The position numbers and the translations under genes were made by a program. The notes under the pieces were generated by a model. That model was not told the DNA's origin. It saw nothing but the letters and a program-made list of their open reading frames with translations, and searched no databases. From Pirellulaceae bacterium (GTDB taxonomy: Bacteria > Planctomycetota > Planctomycetia > Pirellulales > Pirellulaceae), in contig DASYHJ010000003.1 of the NCBI GenBank assembly GCA_035998725.1, forward strand, positions 53,087 to 117,086: a DNA stretch of 64,000 nucleotides. Direction: 5' to 3'. Below are positions 8,770 through 18,861 of the stretch, in pieces (the first letter of the stretch is position 1; each line of letters opens with the position of its first letter).

Positions 8770-10638
8770 CTACTCCGCTGATTCTACGACCGCGTGCAGC
8801 AGAATCGCGGCGTGACCCGGAAGCGTCCAGTCGAAAGCGTCCAGCATCGCCGAACCGGAGCCGCCGTACCGGGCGTCGTCGCTGGAGAAGAGAAGTTCCC
8901 ACCGCCGATTTCGCGGCGGCGCGAGCAACGGTTCCGCCGCAGGATGCCAGCGATAGTCCCGCGTCAGATTCACCAGCAGCAGGCGATCCTCCCCCGCTGG
9001 ATCGAGCCACCTCAGCAGGAAGCGGTCGTCGCTGATGACCGTTCCATGCAACTGCGTCTTGTCCTGCTGGCGAATCGTCACGTCTTCCCCGCGAAGCCGC
9101 AGCAGATCGCGATGCAGGGCGAGCGCCTCCCGATTCCGTTCGCGCTCGTTCCAGTCGATTCGGGAGGCGTGGAACGACGCACGCTCCGACGGATCGGGCA
9201 GCGAAAGCTGGGCCGCGGCGATTCCGCCGGCGACGCGCGGGAACATCCGCAAGTATTCCCACCGTCCGTCCCGGACGAGCTGCGCCAGATCGACCTCGTG
9301 ATCGGCGAAGTACAGGAACGGCGTCGACGCCCCGAACTCCTGCCCCATGAATAGCATCGGCGTGCCGGGCGCGAGGAGCAGCAACGTCGTCAGCGCCCGC
9401 CAGTTCCCCGGCGACATCATGCCCGAGACCCGTTCGCCACGCGCGGCGTTCGCGATCTGGTCGTGATTCATCAGGAAGTTGACCAGCCTCGCCGCCGGCG
9501 TATCGAGCGCGGGCGTCCCCCGACGATGCTTCATACGAGGAACGTGCTGCCCCTGATAGAGAAAGCCCCACTTCGTCGCCGCCAGGATCTCGCTCGCGGT
9601 CCCGGAGTAGTCGGCGTAGTAGAACTCGGCGTGACCGGTCGACGCGACGCGACAGGCGTGGTGGAAGTCGTCGTTCCACATGCCGTCGAGGCCGAAGCCT
9701 CCAGTTTTGACCGGCTCGATATGCCGCACGTCCTGCGCATGGTTCTCCGCGAAGATGAGGATCGACCGATCGCCTGCCGCCTTTCGCGCCGCGGTCGATA
9801 GATCGGCCAGCAGGTGCCGCGGCGAGTCGTCGAAAATCGCCTGCGTCGCGTCGAGCCGCAGCCCGTCGAGGTGGAACTCCTCGATCCAATAAGCCGCGTT
9901 GGCGACGGCGAACTCCCGCACGGCGGCCGCCTGCGGACCGTCGTAGTTGATCGCATCGCCCCACTCGGTCTTGTGCCGGTCGGAGACGAATTCGCCGGCG
10001 AACGACCCGGTGTAATTCCCGGCAGGTCCGAAGTGGTTGTAGACGACGTCCAGCAGCACGCCGAGGCCGAGGGCATGCGCGGCGTCGACGAAGGCGCGGA
10101 AGTCATCGGGCGAGCCGTAGAGCCTGGTCGGCGCGTACCAGAAGACGCCGTCATAGCCCCAGCCGAATTCGCCGGGGAACTCCGCGACCGGCATCACCTC
10201 CACCGCCGTGACGCCCACGTCGCGCAGCAGCGGCAGCTTCTCCGCCGCGGCCTTCCAGGTGCCCTCCGGCGTGAAGCACCCGATGTGGAGTTCGTACAGA
10301 ACCTGCCCCGGCAGTTCGAGGCCCTTCCAGCCGAAGTCGTTCCAGCGATAGTCGCTCGCGACGACCTGCGAAGGCCCGTGCACTCCTCGCGGCTGGAACC
10401 GCGACGACGGGTCGGGATAGCCGTATTCGACGCCGTCGAGCCGATAGTTGTAGAGCGCGCCGGCGTTCAAGCCGGTAACGAAGAGGCTGAAGTAGCCGCC
10501 CTCTTCCTGATCGAGCGGCAATCGATCGCCCAGCTCCGGAAGCGAGAGCGCGACCCTCTCTCGCTGCGGCGCCCAGACGCGGAAGGAGACCCCGTCGCCC
10601 CGCGCTTCGGCGCCGGTCGCGTACTTTCGATCCGTCAT
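8770..10638 (-). CDS. treZ: Malto-oligosyltrehalose trehalohydrolase-like GH13 enzyme
   Basis: N-terminal 'GVSFRVWAP' E-set domain, 'VVYNHFGPAGNY', and a GH13 catalytic core. Start trimmed to ATG 10636-10638 (MTDRKYATG...). It could instead be a GlgX-type debranching enzyme. Confidence 0.65.
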   Translation of the reverse strand: MTDRKYATGAEARGDGVSFRVWAPQRERVALSLPELGDRLPLDQEEGGYFSLFVTGLNAGALYNYRLDGVEYGYPDPSSRFQPRGVHGPSQVVASDYRWNDFGWKGLELPGQVLYELHIGCFTPEGTWKAAAEKLPLLRDVGVTAVEVMPVAEFPGEFGWGYDGVFWYAPTRLYGSPDDFRAFVDAAHALGLGVLLDVVYNHFGPAGNYTGSFAGEFVSDRHKTEWGDAINYDGPQAAAVREFAVANAAYWIEEFHLDGLRLDATQAIFDDSPRHLLADLSTAARKAAGDRSILIFAENHAQDVRHIEPVKTGGFGLDGMWNDDFHHACRVASTGHAEFYYADYSGTASEILAATKWGFLYQGQHVPRMKHRRGTPALDTPAARLVNFLMNHDQIANAARGERVSGMMSPGNWRALTTLLLLAPGTPMLFMGQEFGASTPFLYFADHEVDLAQLVRDGRWEYLRMFPRVAGGIAAAQLSLPDPSERASFHASRIDWNERERNREALALHRDLLRLRGEDVTIRQQDKTQLHGTVISDDRFLLRWLDPAGEDRLLLVNLTRDYRWHPAAEPLLAPPRNRRWELLFSSDDARYGGSGSAMLDAFDWTLPGHAAILLHAVVESAE

Positions 10639-10744
10639 GCGTTCCCGATCCGCTCCGTCGAACTGGTCCGTCAGCACGACGTTCTAGGGCGCTCGCAGTC
10701 CTTCCGACAGCGCCGACGCAGCCAGGCAAAGGAGCGGACCCGGA

Positions 10745-12646
10745 TCAAACACGACCGTCCAGCGTCGCGAACACGTGCATCACGTCCTTCAGACGCACCG
10801 GCTTCACGAGATGGAATTCGAATCCGGCCGCGCGGGAGCGTTCGCGGTCCTCCGGCTGGCCATAGCCCGTCACCGCGATCAGCGGGATGTTACGGGTCGT
10901 CGGCTGCTCGCGCAACCGCCGCGCGACCTCGAATCCGTCGAGTCCCGGCAAAGCGATGTCCAGCAGGACGACGTCGGGGCGGAACAGGTGGACCGCCTCC
11001 AGCGCGCGGAAGCCGCAGAGCGCCGTTTCCACTTCATGTCCTTCGGAGCGCAACGTCATCGCCAGCATCCTGGCCGCATCGGGATTGTCGTCGACGACGA
11101 GAACGCGTCGCGACGGGTTGGAATCGGCCTGCGAACCTTCGCCCCCTTCCGCGGGGACCATGCCGATCGAAGCGGGAAGCCGCACGATGAATTCGCTTCC
11201 CCGACCGATGCCGCCTGTTTGCGCCTCGACCGATCCGTCGTGCAGTTCGACAAGCGTCTTGACGATCGTCAGGCCGATGCCGAGCCCTCCCTGGGACCGG
11301 TCGATGCTGCGATCGGCCTGCGTGAAGAGATCGAAGATTCGGGGAAGCAGTTCGGGAGCGATCCCGACGCCGTTGTCGCGAACGCGGACGAGGGCAGTTC
11401 CCTCGTTTCGCTCCACGACGACATCGATTCGGCCGCCCGTCGGCGTGTATTTGCAGGCGTTCCGAACCAGGTTCTCGAAGACCTGCTCCAGCCGCGTCGG
11501 ATCGGCGGAGACGTACAGCGGGCAATCCGGGAACCGCGCGGCAAGTGCGTGCCGATGCTCGTCCACGGCAGGACGTGCCGCCGCGAGCGCGTTCTGCACG
11601 ATCTCGCACAGGTCGGTTCGCTGACGCTGAAGCTGCACCTTGCCGCGCGTGATGCGGCTGACGTCCATCAGGTCGTCGATCAGCCGGGCGAGCTTCTTGA
11701 CCTGTCGATCGGCGATGGCGACCGCTTCCCGATCGTCGGCGTCGAGAGTCTCGCTGAACTGCAACAACGAGATAGCCGAGGCGACCGGCGAGAGCGGATT
11801 GCGCAGCTCGTGCGCGAGCATCGCCAGGAACTCGTTCTTCGCACGGTCGGCGTCTTCCAGCGCGTCGGCTCGCTGGCGAAGCTCTTCCTCCAGCCGCTTT
11901 CGCTCCGTGTTGTCGGCGATCACCTTGGCGAAACCGCGCAGCGTTCCGTCCTGATCGCGAAGCGCGCTTAGAGCCCCGGTCGCCCAGAAGTGCGTGCCGT
12001 CCTTGCGGACGTGCCAGCGATCGTCGAACGCACGACCCTGCTCCGCCGCGGTGCGAAGCTCGCGTTCGGCGTCGCTGCCCAGCTTCCCGTCTTCGTGGGG
12101 CCAGAGCGCGGAGAAGGGAAGGCCGGTCGCTTCATGCGCGGAGTATCCGAGCAGCCGTTCCGCCGCGGCGCTCCAGTCGGTGACGCGTCCGCTGACGTCC
12201 ATCAGGAAGACGGCGTACTCCTGAAGGCCCGACATCAGCAGATCGAACTTCTGTCCGCTTCCGCGAGCGCTGTCTCCGGAGCGCTGCTGGTCGGTCAGGT
12301 CGCGTGCGAGCCCTACCATCCCGGTGACGTCGCCCTGCTCGTTGCGCAGAGGAGAGAGCGAAAAAGAGCCCCAGAACCGGCTGCCGTCCTTCCGCGCACG
12401 CCACCCGTCCTGCTGCAGGTTTTCACCCCGCGCGGCCGCATGTCGCAACGCCGGCAATTTGCCGTCGCGTTCTTCCGGCGGGTCGAGTTGCGAGATAGTC
12501 CGTCCGATGATTTCGTCGGCCGTATATCCTGTCATCCGCTCCGCAGCGGAGTTCCACGATTTCACGACCCCGGAGGCGTCGACTACGAAGATCGCGCAGT
12601 CGCTAACATCCGCCGCCCGCTCAGGTTGTACGTCAAGCTGGTCCAT
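10745..12646 (-). CDS. Hybrid sensor histidine kinase / response regulator (PAS-PAS-HisKA-HATPase-REC)
   Basis: Two PAS-like segments, 'HELRNPL' H-box, a GxGxG ATPase region, and a C-terminal receiver 'VLVVDDNPDAARML...D'. Confidence 0.85.
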   Translation of the reverse strand: MDQLDVQPERAADVSDCAIFVVDASGVVKSWNSAAERMTGYTADEIIGRTISQLDPPEERDGKLPALRHAAARGENLQQDGWRARKDGSRFWGSFSLSPLRNEQGDVTGMVGLARDLTDQQRSGDSARGSGQKFDLLMSGLQEYAVFLMDVSGRVTDWSAAAERLLGYSAHEATGLPFSALWPHEDGKLGSDAERELRTAAEQGRAFDDRWHVRKDGTHFWATGALSALRDQDGTLRGFAKVIADNTERKRLEEELRQRADALEDADRAKNEFLAMLAHELRNPLSPVASAISLLQFSETLDADDREAVAIADRQVKKLARLIDDLMDVSRITRGKVQLQRQRTDLCEIVQNALAAARPAVDEHRHALAARFPDCPLYVSADPTRLEQVFENLVRNACKYTPTGGRIDVVVERNEGTALVRVRDNGVGIAPELLPRIFDLFTQADRSIDRSQGGLGIGLTIVKTLVELHDGSVEAQTGGIGRGSEFIVRLPASIGMVPAEGGEGSQADSNPSRRVLVVDDNPDAARMLAMTLRSEGHEVETALCGFRALEAVHLFRPDVVLLDIALPGLDGFEVARRLREQPTTRNIPLIAVTGYGQPEDRERSRAAGFEFHLVKPVRLKDVMHVFATLDGRV

Positions 12647-12897
12647 AGCCTCGCCCTCCTAGCACGCGACTTCAGTCGCGTCTGGTTTCGAGCGAATGAC
12701 AGCAGATGCAAAGAGCGTACCGATTTCGAAAGCCCGTCTTTTCCGGGCTTGCCGGTCATTTAGGTGGCTGCGAAGAAGACAATCGGCCGTCTGCACGAGC
12801 GCGACGCCCCTCGCGCCCGAGTACCGTTAGTTGCCGCTGCTTTTCACCAGCCTGCCCGTCCATCTTTCCGGCTCGTCCTTCCGGGCCCGAGCAATCC

Positions 12898-13722
12898 TTG
12901 TCAAACCGGCGCCCGGCTCCTAATGCGAAGCAGCGACTCCGAACGTTCGTCGTCGCGATTCTCTTCATCGGCGCGGCGGCGGGCGGCTGCGCCTGGTCCA
13001 GTGCGGACGCGGGGAACGAGCGAGTCACGCTGCTCGTCGCGGCCAGCGCGAAGGAGGGGGCGGAAGAGATCGCGGCGGGCTTCGAGGCAGCATCCGACGC
13101 CGAGGTCGACGTGAGCATCGGCGGGTCGAACGCGCTGGCGCAGCAGATCATCGCGGGCGCTCCTGCAGACTTGTTCCTCTCTGCCAGCGAGGAGTGGGCG
13201 GACGCGATCGCCGAAGAAGATCTGATCGCCCGACGCGCCGACCTGCTGTCGAATCGGCTGGTCCTGGTCGTTCCCCGGAGCAATCCGGCAGACGTGCGAG
13301 AACCGTCGGACCTGCTGCGCGAGCAAGTCCAGCGGGTCGCGCTTGCCGAGGAGAACGTCCCGGCAGGTCGCTACGCCGAGCAGGCGCTGACGAAGCTCGA
13401 TCTTTTCCAGAAGCTCTCGGCCTCTCCGAAGATCGCACGAGGACACGACGTCAGAGCGACGCTGGCCTTCGTCGAACGGGGCGAAGCTGAAGCCGGCGTC
13501 GTCTATGCGACGGATGCGATCCTCGCGAACGACGTCGAGGTCGTTTACCATTTCGACCCCGCGATGCACGATCCCATCATCTATCCGCTCGCGCTGTTGA
13601 AGGCCGGCGCCGCGAACCCGGCGGCGGTGGAACTGTTCGAGCGCCTGCAGTCGGCGGACGCGAGGAAGGTCTTCCAAAAGCGAGGTTTCCAGCCGTTGAC
13701 TTCTCCGTCGGCTGCGAGGTAA
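12898..13722 (+). CDS. modA: Molybdate ABC transporter substrate-binding protein
   Basis: ModA-like periplasmic binding fold. There is no in-frame ATG, so a TTG start at 12898 was chosen because it gives a lipoprotein-like signal (LFIGAAAGGC). The exact start is uncertain. Confidence 0.75.
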   Translation: MSNRRPAPNAKQRLRTFVVAILFIGAAAGGCAWSSADAGNERVTLLVAASAKEGAEEIAAGFEAASDAEVDVSIGGSNALAQQIIAGAPADLFLSASEEWADAIAEEDLIARRADLLSNRLVLVVPRSNPADVREPSDLLREQVQRVALAEENVPAGRYAEQALTKLDLFQKLSASPKIARGHDVRATLAFVERGEAEAGVVYATDAILANDVEVVYHFDPAMHDPIIYPLALLKAGAANPAAVELFERLQSADARKVFQKRGFQPLTSPSAAR

Positions 13723-13725
13723 CGC

Positions 13726-14406
13726 GTGGCGGCGGATTCGTGGAACGCCATCGGCCTGAGCCTGCTCGTCGCGACCGTCGCCGTGCTCGCGAGTCTGCCG
13801 TTCGGCGTCGCCCTCGGCTGGCTTCTCGCCAGGCGGGAGTTCCCCGGCAAGAGTCTGCTGGAGACCGTCGTCAGCCTGCCGCTGGTTCTGCCGCCGGTCG
13901 TGACGGGATGGCTGCTTCTCGTCTCGTTCGGCCGTCGCGGCGCCGTGGGCGGGGCGCTGGAAGAGTGGCTCGGCGTGCGACTGATCTTCGACTGGAAGGG
14001 CGCGGCGCTCGCCGCGGCGGTGGTATCGTTTCCGCTGATGGTTCGCGCGATCCGCATCGCGTTCGACGGCGTCGACAGGGGACTGGAGCAGGCCGCCCGA
14101 ACGCTCGGCGCGGCGCCGCTCGACGCCTTCTTCACGATCTCGCTTCCCTGCGCCCGGCGCGGCATCGTCGCGGGGTGCGTCCTGGCCTTCGCGCGCAGCC
14201 TGGGCGAGTTCGGCGCCACGATCATGATCGCCGGCAACATCCCGGGCCGCACGCAGACGATCCCGCTGAAGATCTACAGCGAGCTCGAATCGCCGGGCGG
14301 TATGGAGCGCTCGCTGCCGCTGATCCTGTTCTCGATCGCGATCGCGGCGGCGGCGCTGGCGATCGGGAACTGGCTCGACCGGCGCGGCGGAGGAGGGATG
14401 CGATGA
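13726..14406 (+). CDS. modB: Molybdate ABC transporter permease
   Basis: 226-aa TM protein with the ABC permease EAA-like loop 'AARTLGAAPLDAFFTISLP'. Its stop overlaps the modC start (ATGA). Confidence 0.85.
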   Translation: MAADSWNAIGLSLLVATVAVLASLPFGVALGWLLARREFPGKSLLETVVSLPLVLPPVVTGWLLLVSFGRRGAVGGALEEWLGVRLIFDWKGAALAAAVVSFPLMVRAIRIAFDGVDRGLEQAARTLGAAPLDAFFTISLPCARRGIVAGCVLAFARSLGEFGATIMIAGNIPGRTQTIPLKIYSELESPGGMERSLPLILFSIAIAAAALAIGNWLDRRGGGGMR

Positions 14407-15056
14407 ACGATCTCCCCCTGCTGGAGTTCGCCTGCCGGCATCGCTACGCCGACGGCTTCGAACTCGACGCGCGGTTCGCGACCGACGCCTCGGTGACCGC
14501 GCTCTTCGGCACGTCAGGCAGCGGCAAGACGACGATTCTCTCGCTCATCGCGGGGCTGCTCCGCCCGACCGCCGGCATGATTCGTTTCCGCGATCAGGCG
14601 TTCGTGGATACCGCGCGGAATAGGTTTCTCCCGCCGGAGCGTCGCCGCGTGGGCGTTCTCTTTCAGGAGCGTCGCCTCTTTCCGCATCTGACCGTGCGGT
14701 CGAACATCGCCTACGGCGCTCGCCGACGGCAGGGCGGAACGCCGATCGACGCGACGATCGAGGCGCTCGAGATCGGCGACCTCCTCGATCGCTATCCGCG
14801 CACGCTCAGCGGCGGCCAGCAGCAACGCGTCGCCCTCGCGCGGGCGGTGGCGTCCGCGCCCGAGATCCTGCTGCTGGACGAACCGCTCACCGGGGTCGAG
14901 GCGCCGCTGCGCGATCGGATCGCCGACTATCTGCAGCAAGTCATCGCCCAGATCGCCGTGCCGACGCTGCTGGTGACGCACCATCGCGAGCTCGTCGACC
15001 GACTGGCGCAGCGGTCGGTCGCGATCGAGGCGGGACGCGTCGTCGCCGAGAATTGA
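14403..15056 (+). CDS. modC: Molybdate ABC transporter ATP-binding protein
   Basis: Walker A 'GTSGSGKTT', signature 'LSGGQQQRVALAR', Walker B 'LLLDEP'. Start is the ATG at 14403, overlapping the modB stop. Confidence 0.85.
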   Translation: MNDLPLLEFACRHRYADGFELDARFATDASVTALFGTSGSGKTTILSLIAGLLRPTAGMIRFRDQAFVDTARNRFLPPERRRVGVLFQERRLFPHLTVRSNIAYGARRRQGGTPIDATIEALEIGDLLDRYPRTLSGGQQQRVALARAVASAPEILLLDEPLTGVEAPLRDRIADYLQQVIAQIAVPTLLVTHHRELVDRLAQRSVAIEAGRVVAEN

Positions 15057-15134
15057 GCCTCCTGCTCAAGATTTAACAGGCATTCCTGGCCTCAGCATGC
15101 GAACCTTTCCGGGTTCACGCGGTCTACCGAAAAA

Positions 15135-17006
15135 ATGGAGGTAACGCGGAAGAGACTTCTGCGCTTAACGAAGCCTGTTCCAAGGGGAAGGTCGCAGTCG
15201 ACGAATTCCGCGGCAGGCCCTTCCCCCGTCCCATCGGAGAACAAGGTGTTACGTCTCTCAGTCAGGCCGGCGACGGTCATCGCCGGCACGCTCGTCGCCG
15301 GATCCGCCTTCGCCGCGACTTCCTTCGCGGGTGAACCGCCCCGGTCCGCAGAAGTCGCGGTCGCTTCCAAGGCCGAAGCCCGTTCGTCCGACGCAGCCGC
15401 GGCGAATCAGTATTCGGGCTTCGAGGGCTACGCCCGAAAGGTGACGACCGATTCGCCGGAAGCCCAGCGCTGGTTCGATCAGGGCATTCAGCTTCTGTAC
15501 GGCTACAACCACGACGAGGCGATCCGCTCGTTCGAGAAGGCTGCGGAGATCGACCCCTCCTGCGCGATGGCCTGGTGGGGGAGCGCCTACGCTCGCGGTT
15601 TGCACATCAACAAGCCGGAGATGGCCGAGGAGCAGAGCAAGCTGGCCTACGCCGCGGCGCAGAAAGCGGTCGCCGCGATTGATGACGAAACGCCCGCGGA
15701 GCAGTCGCTCGTCAAGGCGGTCGCGTCGCGGTATGCCATGCCCGTGCCGGCGGATCGGAAGCCCCTGGATCTCGCTTACGCCGACGCGATGGAGGCGGCC
15801 TGGCATGCTCATCCGGAGGACGCGGACATCGGCGCGCTCTTCGCCGAGTCGCTGATGAATCTTCAGCCCTGGGACTTGTGGACTTCCGCAGGCGCTCCGA
15901 AGGGCAGGGCCCTGGAGATCGTCGCCGTGCTCGAGCGGACGATGGCCCGGCATCCGAAGCATCCCGGCGCGAATCACTTCTACATCCACGCGGTCGAAGC
16001 GTCCTCCTGGCCCGAGCGTGCGACGCCGGCGGCGGACCGTCTGGTCGATCTGGTTCCGGGATCAGGGCATCTCGTTCACATGCCGTCGCACGTCTTTATC
16101 CGCACCGGACGCTACGCCGAAGCCGCCGACGCGAACGAACGGGCGATTGCGGCCGACGAGGCCTACTTCGCGACGTCGCCGGCGCCCGACTTCTACAGCA
16201 TCTACTTCCTGCACAACCTCCACTTCCTGGCGTACGCCGCGATGATGGAGGGGCGTTACGAAACGGCGCTAGCCGCGGCGGAGAAGATCGAACGGACCGT
16301 GCCGCCCGACTTTCTGAAGAAGTACGTCGCCGTCGCCGACGGCTTCATGCCGACGAAGACGTTGGTGATGATCCGGTTCGGCAAGTGGGACGAAGTCCTC
16401 GATCTGCCGGAACCGCCTGAGTGGCGACTGCTGAGCCGGGCCGAGCGACACTTCGCCCGATCAGTGGCGAACTCGGCCCTTGGACGCACGAAGGAGGCCC
16501 GGAAGGAGATCGACCTGCTCGACGAACTGACTCCGCAGCTGACCGACGAATGGAAGATGGGGAACAACCCCGCCCGCGACATCGTCGCCATCGCGCGAAC
16601 GATGGCCGAAGGCGAACTGGCCTTTCGCGAAGATCGTACCGAGGAGGCCTTCGAGCTGCTTCGCGAAGCCGTGCGTCTGGAAGAGAACCTCGCCTACGAC
16701 GAACCGCCTGGCTGGATGCAGCCCGTGCGCCATGCCCTGGGAGCGTTGCTCCTCGCTGACGGTCAGGCCGCCGAGGCGGAAGCCGTTTACCGCGCGGACC
16801 TCGTGCGGCATCCGAACAACGCCTGGGCCCTGCTCGGACTTCAGCAGTCGCTCGAAGCGCAGAAGCGGACGACCGACGCCGAAGCGCTGGCGGAGACGCT
16901 AGCGAAGGCCTGGTCGCGAGCGGACGTGAAGCCCGTCGCCAGTTGCTACTGCCACCCCGCGGCACGCGGCGATGGAACCTGCTGCGAAGAGAAGTCGGCG
17001 CCTTGA
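15135..17006 (+). CDS. TPR-repeat protein with signal peptide and Cys-rich C-terminal tail
   Basis: Multiple TPR-like helices. The C-terminus is 'CYCHPAARGDGTCCEEKSAP'. The true start may be a downstream GTG. Confidence 0.65.
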   Translation: MEVTRKRLLRLTKPVPRGRSQSTNSAAGPSPVPSENKVLRLSVRPATVIAGTLVAGSAFAATSFAGEPPRSAEVAVASKAEARSSDAAAANQYSGFEGYARKVTTDSPEAQRWFDQGIQLLYGYNHDEAIRSFEKAAEIDPSCAMAWWGSAYARGLHINKPEMAEEQSKLAYAAAQKAVAAIDDETPAEQSLVKAVASRYAMPVPADRKPLDLAYADAMEAAWHAHPEDADIGALFAESLMNLQPWDLWTSAGAPKGRALEIVAVLERTMARHPKHPGANHFYIHAVEASSWPERATPAADRLVDLVPGSGHLVHMPSHVFIRTGRYAEAADANERAIAADEAYFATSPAPDFYSIYFLHNLHFLAYAAMMEGRYETALAAAEKIERTVPPDFLKKYVAVADGFMPTKTLVMIRFGKWDEVLDLPEPPEWRLLSRAERHFARSVANSALGRTKEARKEIDLLDELTPQLTDEWKMGNNPARDIVAIARTMAEGELAFREDRTEEAFELLREAVRLEENLAYDEPPGWMQPVRHALGALLLADGQAAEAEAVYRADLVRHPNNAWALLGLQQSLEAQKRTTDAEALAETLAKAWSRADVKPVASCYCHPAARGDGTCCEEKSAP

Positions 17007-17033
17007 CGTTCGTTAAGAAGTCACAACGTCCCC

Positions 17034-17068
17034 AGGGGAAGCGGGCCACGGCTCGACTTCCCCTTTTT
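17034..17068 (+). terminator. Rho-independent terminator
   Basis: GGGGAAG...CTTCCCC stem followed by TTTTT, directly after the TPR gene stop. Confidence 0.6.
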
Positions 17069-17190
17069 GTTGCCTGACGGGCGGATTCTCGCGACACTGT
17101 CGCCGGATGGCGGGGTTCGCCCCTCGGGCGCATTCTGCGCCGCCGACGCCGAGCAGGCACGTTCGAAGACAGGCAGCAGAGGAGGGGGCG

Positions 17191-18633
17191 ATGAATCGTC
17201 AGTGGATGTGGTGTTCGGGCCTCGCGTGTTCGCTCGCGATGGCGAACGGCGCCTTTGCGCAGGACTGGCCGCAATGGCGGGGGCCGAATCGCGACGCCCG
17301 CGTGAGCGGATTCGAAGCTCCCGAGACATGGCCTGACCTGCTCAAGAAGGAATGGAGCGTGACGGTCGGCGATGGCGTCGCTTCTCCGGCGCTTGTCGGC
17401 GAGCGGCTGTACGTCAACTATCGCGAGGACGGCAAGGAGACCGCTCGCTGCCTCGACGCCGCGACGGGGAAAGAGATCTGGCGCTTCGACGTTCCGGCCG
17501 AAGCTCGCCGCGGCGCCGACGGCGGCTTCCCTGGTCCCCGCGCGACGCCCGCTGTGGCGGACGGCAAGATGGCGATCCTGGGCGTTCATGGGACGCTGCG
17601 GTGCCTCGACGCCGAGACCGGCAAGCTCCTGTGGGAGAACGCGGAATTCGAAGGCGATATCCCTCGCTTCGCCACGTCGAGTTCGCCGATCGTGGTGGAC
17701 GGACTCTGCGTCGCGCAGCTCGGCAGCGAAGAGCGCGGCGCGCTCGTCGCCTTCGATCTGAATACGGGCGAGGAACGCTGGCGCCTGGCGGGCGAAGCGC
17801 CGGCTTACGCCTCGCCGGCGCTCATCGCGCTGGACGGGAAGCAGGCGATCGTCACGCCGACCGACCGCAGCTTGATCGCCGTCGACGCGGCCTCCGGAAA
17901 GCTGCTCTGGAAGATCGACTATCTGCAGGGGCGCTACAACGCCGCCTCGCCGATCGTCGAGGGCGACGAGCTAGTTTACGCCGGTCCCACACGAGGCTTG
18001 ACGGCGGTTTCGCTCGTGTCGAAGGACGAAGCGATCGACGCGAAGGAACTCTGGAAGAGCCCGGAAGCTACGGTGCAGTTCAATACGCCGGTGAAACGAG
18101 AGAACCTGATCTTCGGCCTGTCGAACGCGGGGCAAGTCTTCTGCGTCGATGCTGAAACCGGAGAAATGAAATGGACGGCGCCGCTCTCGGAAGAGACGCC
18201 TTCCGCCGAAAGCGAGCGACCGGCAGGCGAGCGTCCTGAAGGAACGCCTCGCCGGGAGAATTCCGGCGAGCGAACGGAACAGCCGGGTCAACGCTCCGAG
18301 GGTCAGCGTCCTGAGGGACGACCAGACGGGCGGCCAGGCTTCGGCGATCGCGGTCCCGGCGGACCGGGAGGTCCTGGAGGCCGCTTCGGCGGAGGCGCTC
18401 GTCGGGGAGGCGGAGGCCGAGGCGGCTACGGCAGCATCGTCGACGCTGGCTCCGCTCTGTTCGCGCTGACGCCGAACGGCAAGCTGATCGCTTTCGAGCC
18501 TACCGCGGAAGCGTACAAGCCGCTCGCGACGTACCAGGTGGCTCAGGAAGGGACCTACGCCTACCCGATCGTGGCCGGCAAGCGGATCTACGTCAAAGAC
18601 CAGAACGATCTCACGCTCTGGACGTTGCCGTAA
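17191..18633 (+). CDS. PQQ-like beta-propeller repeat protein (BamB-like) with internal disordered Gly/Arg/Pro-rich insertion
   Basis: Signal peptide MNRQWMWCSGLACSLAMANGAFAQDW. Repeated 'G..LY....DG.L.ALDA.TGK..W' blades. Low-complexity insert from about 18187 to 18440. Confidence 0.75.
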   Translation: MNRQWMWCSGLACSLAMANGAFAQDWPQWRGPNRDARVSGFEAPETWPDLLKKEWSVTVGDGVASPALVGERLYVNYREDGKETARCLDAATGKEIWRFDVPAEARRGADGGFPGPRATPAVADGKMAILGVHGTLRCLDAETGKLLWENAEFEGDIPRFATSSSPIVVDGLCVAQLGSEERGALVAFDLNTGEERWRLAGEAPAYASPALIALDGKQAIVTPTDRSLIAVDAASGKLLWKIDYLQGRYNAASPIVEGDELVYAGPTRGLTAVSLVSKDEAIDAKELWKSPEATVQFNTPVKRENLIFGLSNAGQVFCVDAETGEMKWTAPLSEETPSAESERPAGERPEGTPRRENSGERTEQPGQRSEGQRPEGRPDGRPGFGDRGPGGPGGPGGRFGGGARRGGGGRGGYGSIVDAGSALFALTPNGKLIAFEPTAEAYKPLATYQVAQEGTYAYPIVAGKRIYVKDQNDLTLWTLP

Positions 18634-18669
18634 TCGGCGCTGGACGTTCCTAGCCCGTCGAATTCGTGA

Positions 18670-18706
18670 GGGAGGCGTCGCTCTGGGCGGCGCCTCCCTT
18701 CTTTCG
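18670..18706 (+). terminator. Hairpin terminator
   Basis: GGGAGGCG...CGCCTCCC stem followed by a T-rich tract, 3' of the PQQ gene. Confidence 0.5.
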
Positions 18707-18861
18707 TCTCAGGCTGCGATCCTGACATGGCGGATATTTTCCCGAGAAGAGTCGTAACGAATCGCGAGCCGTTCCGCTTCGACAGACAGAGACAGGAACG
18801 AGGCCTTCGAGGACGAAGGCCGCCTGTTCGAAATCCCTCTGCTGGAAAGCGAAACGATCCG

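Noticed and set aside
12647-12897. Molybdenum-cofactor riboswitch upstream of modA
   Set aside because: No recognisable Moco-riboswitch conserved core. The region only shows one short hairpin (AAGCCCG...CGGGCTT).
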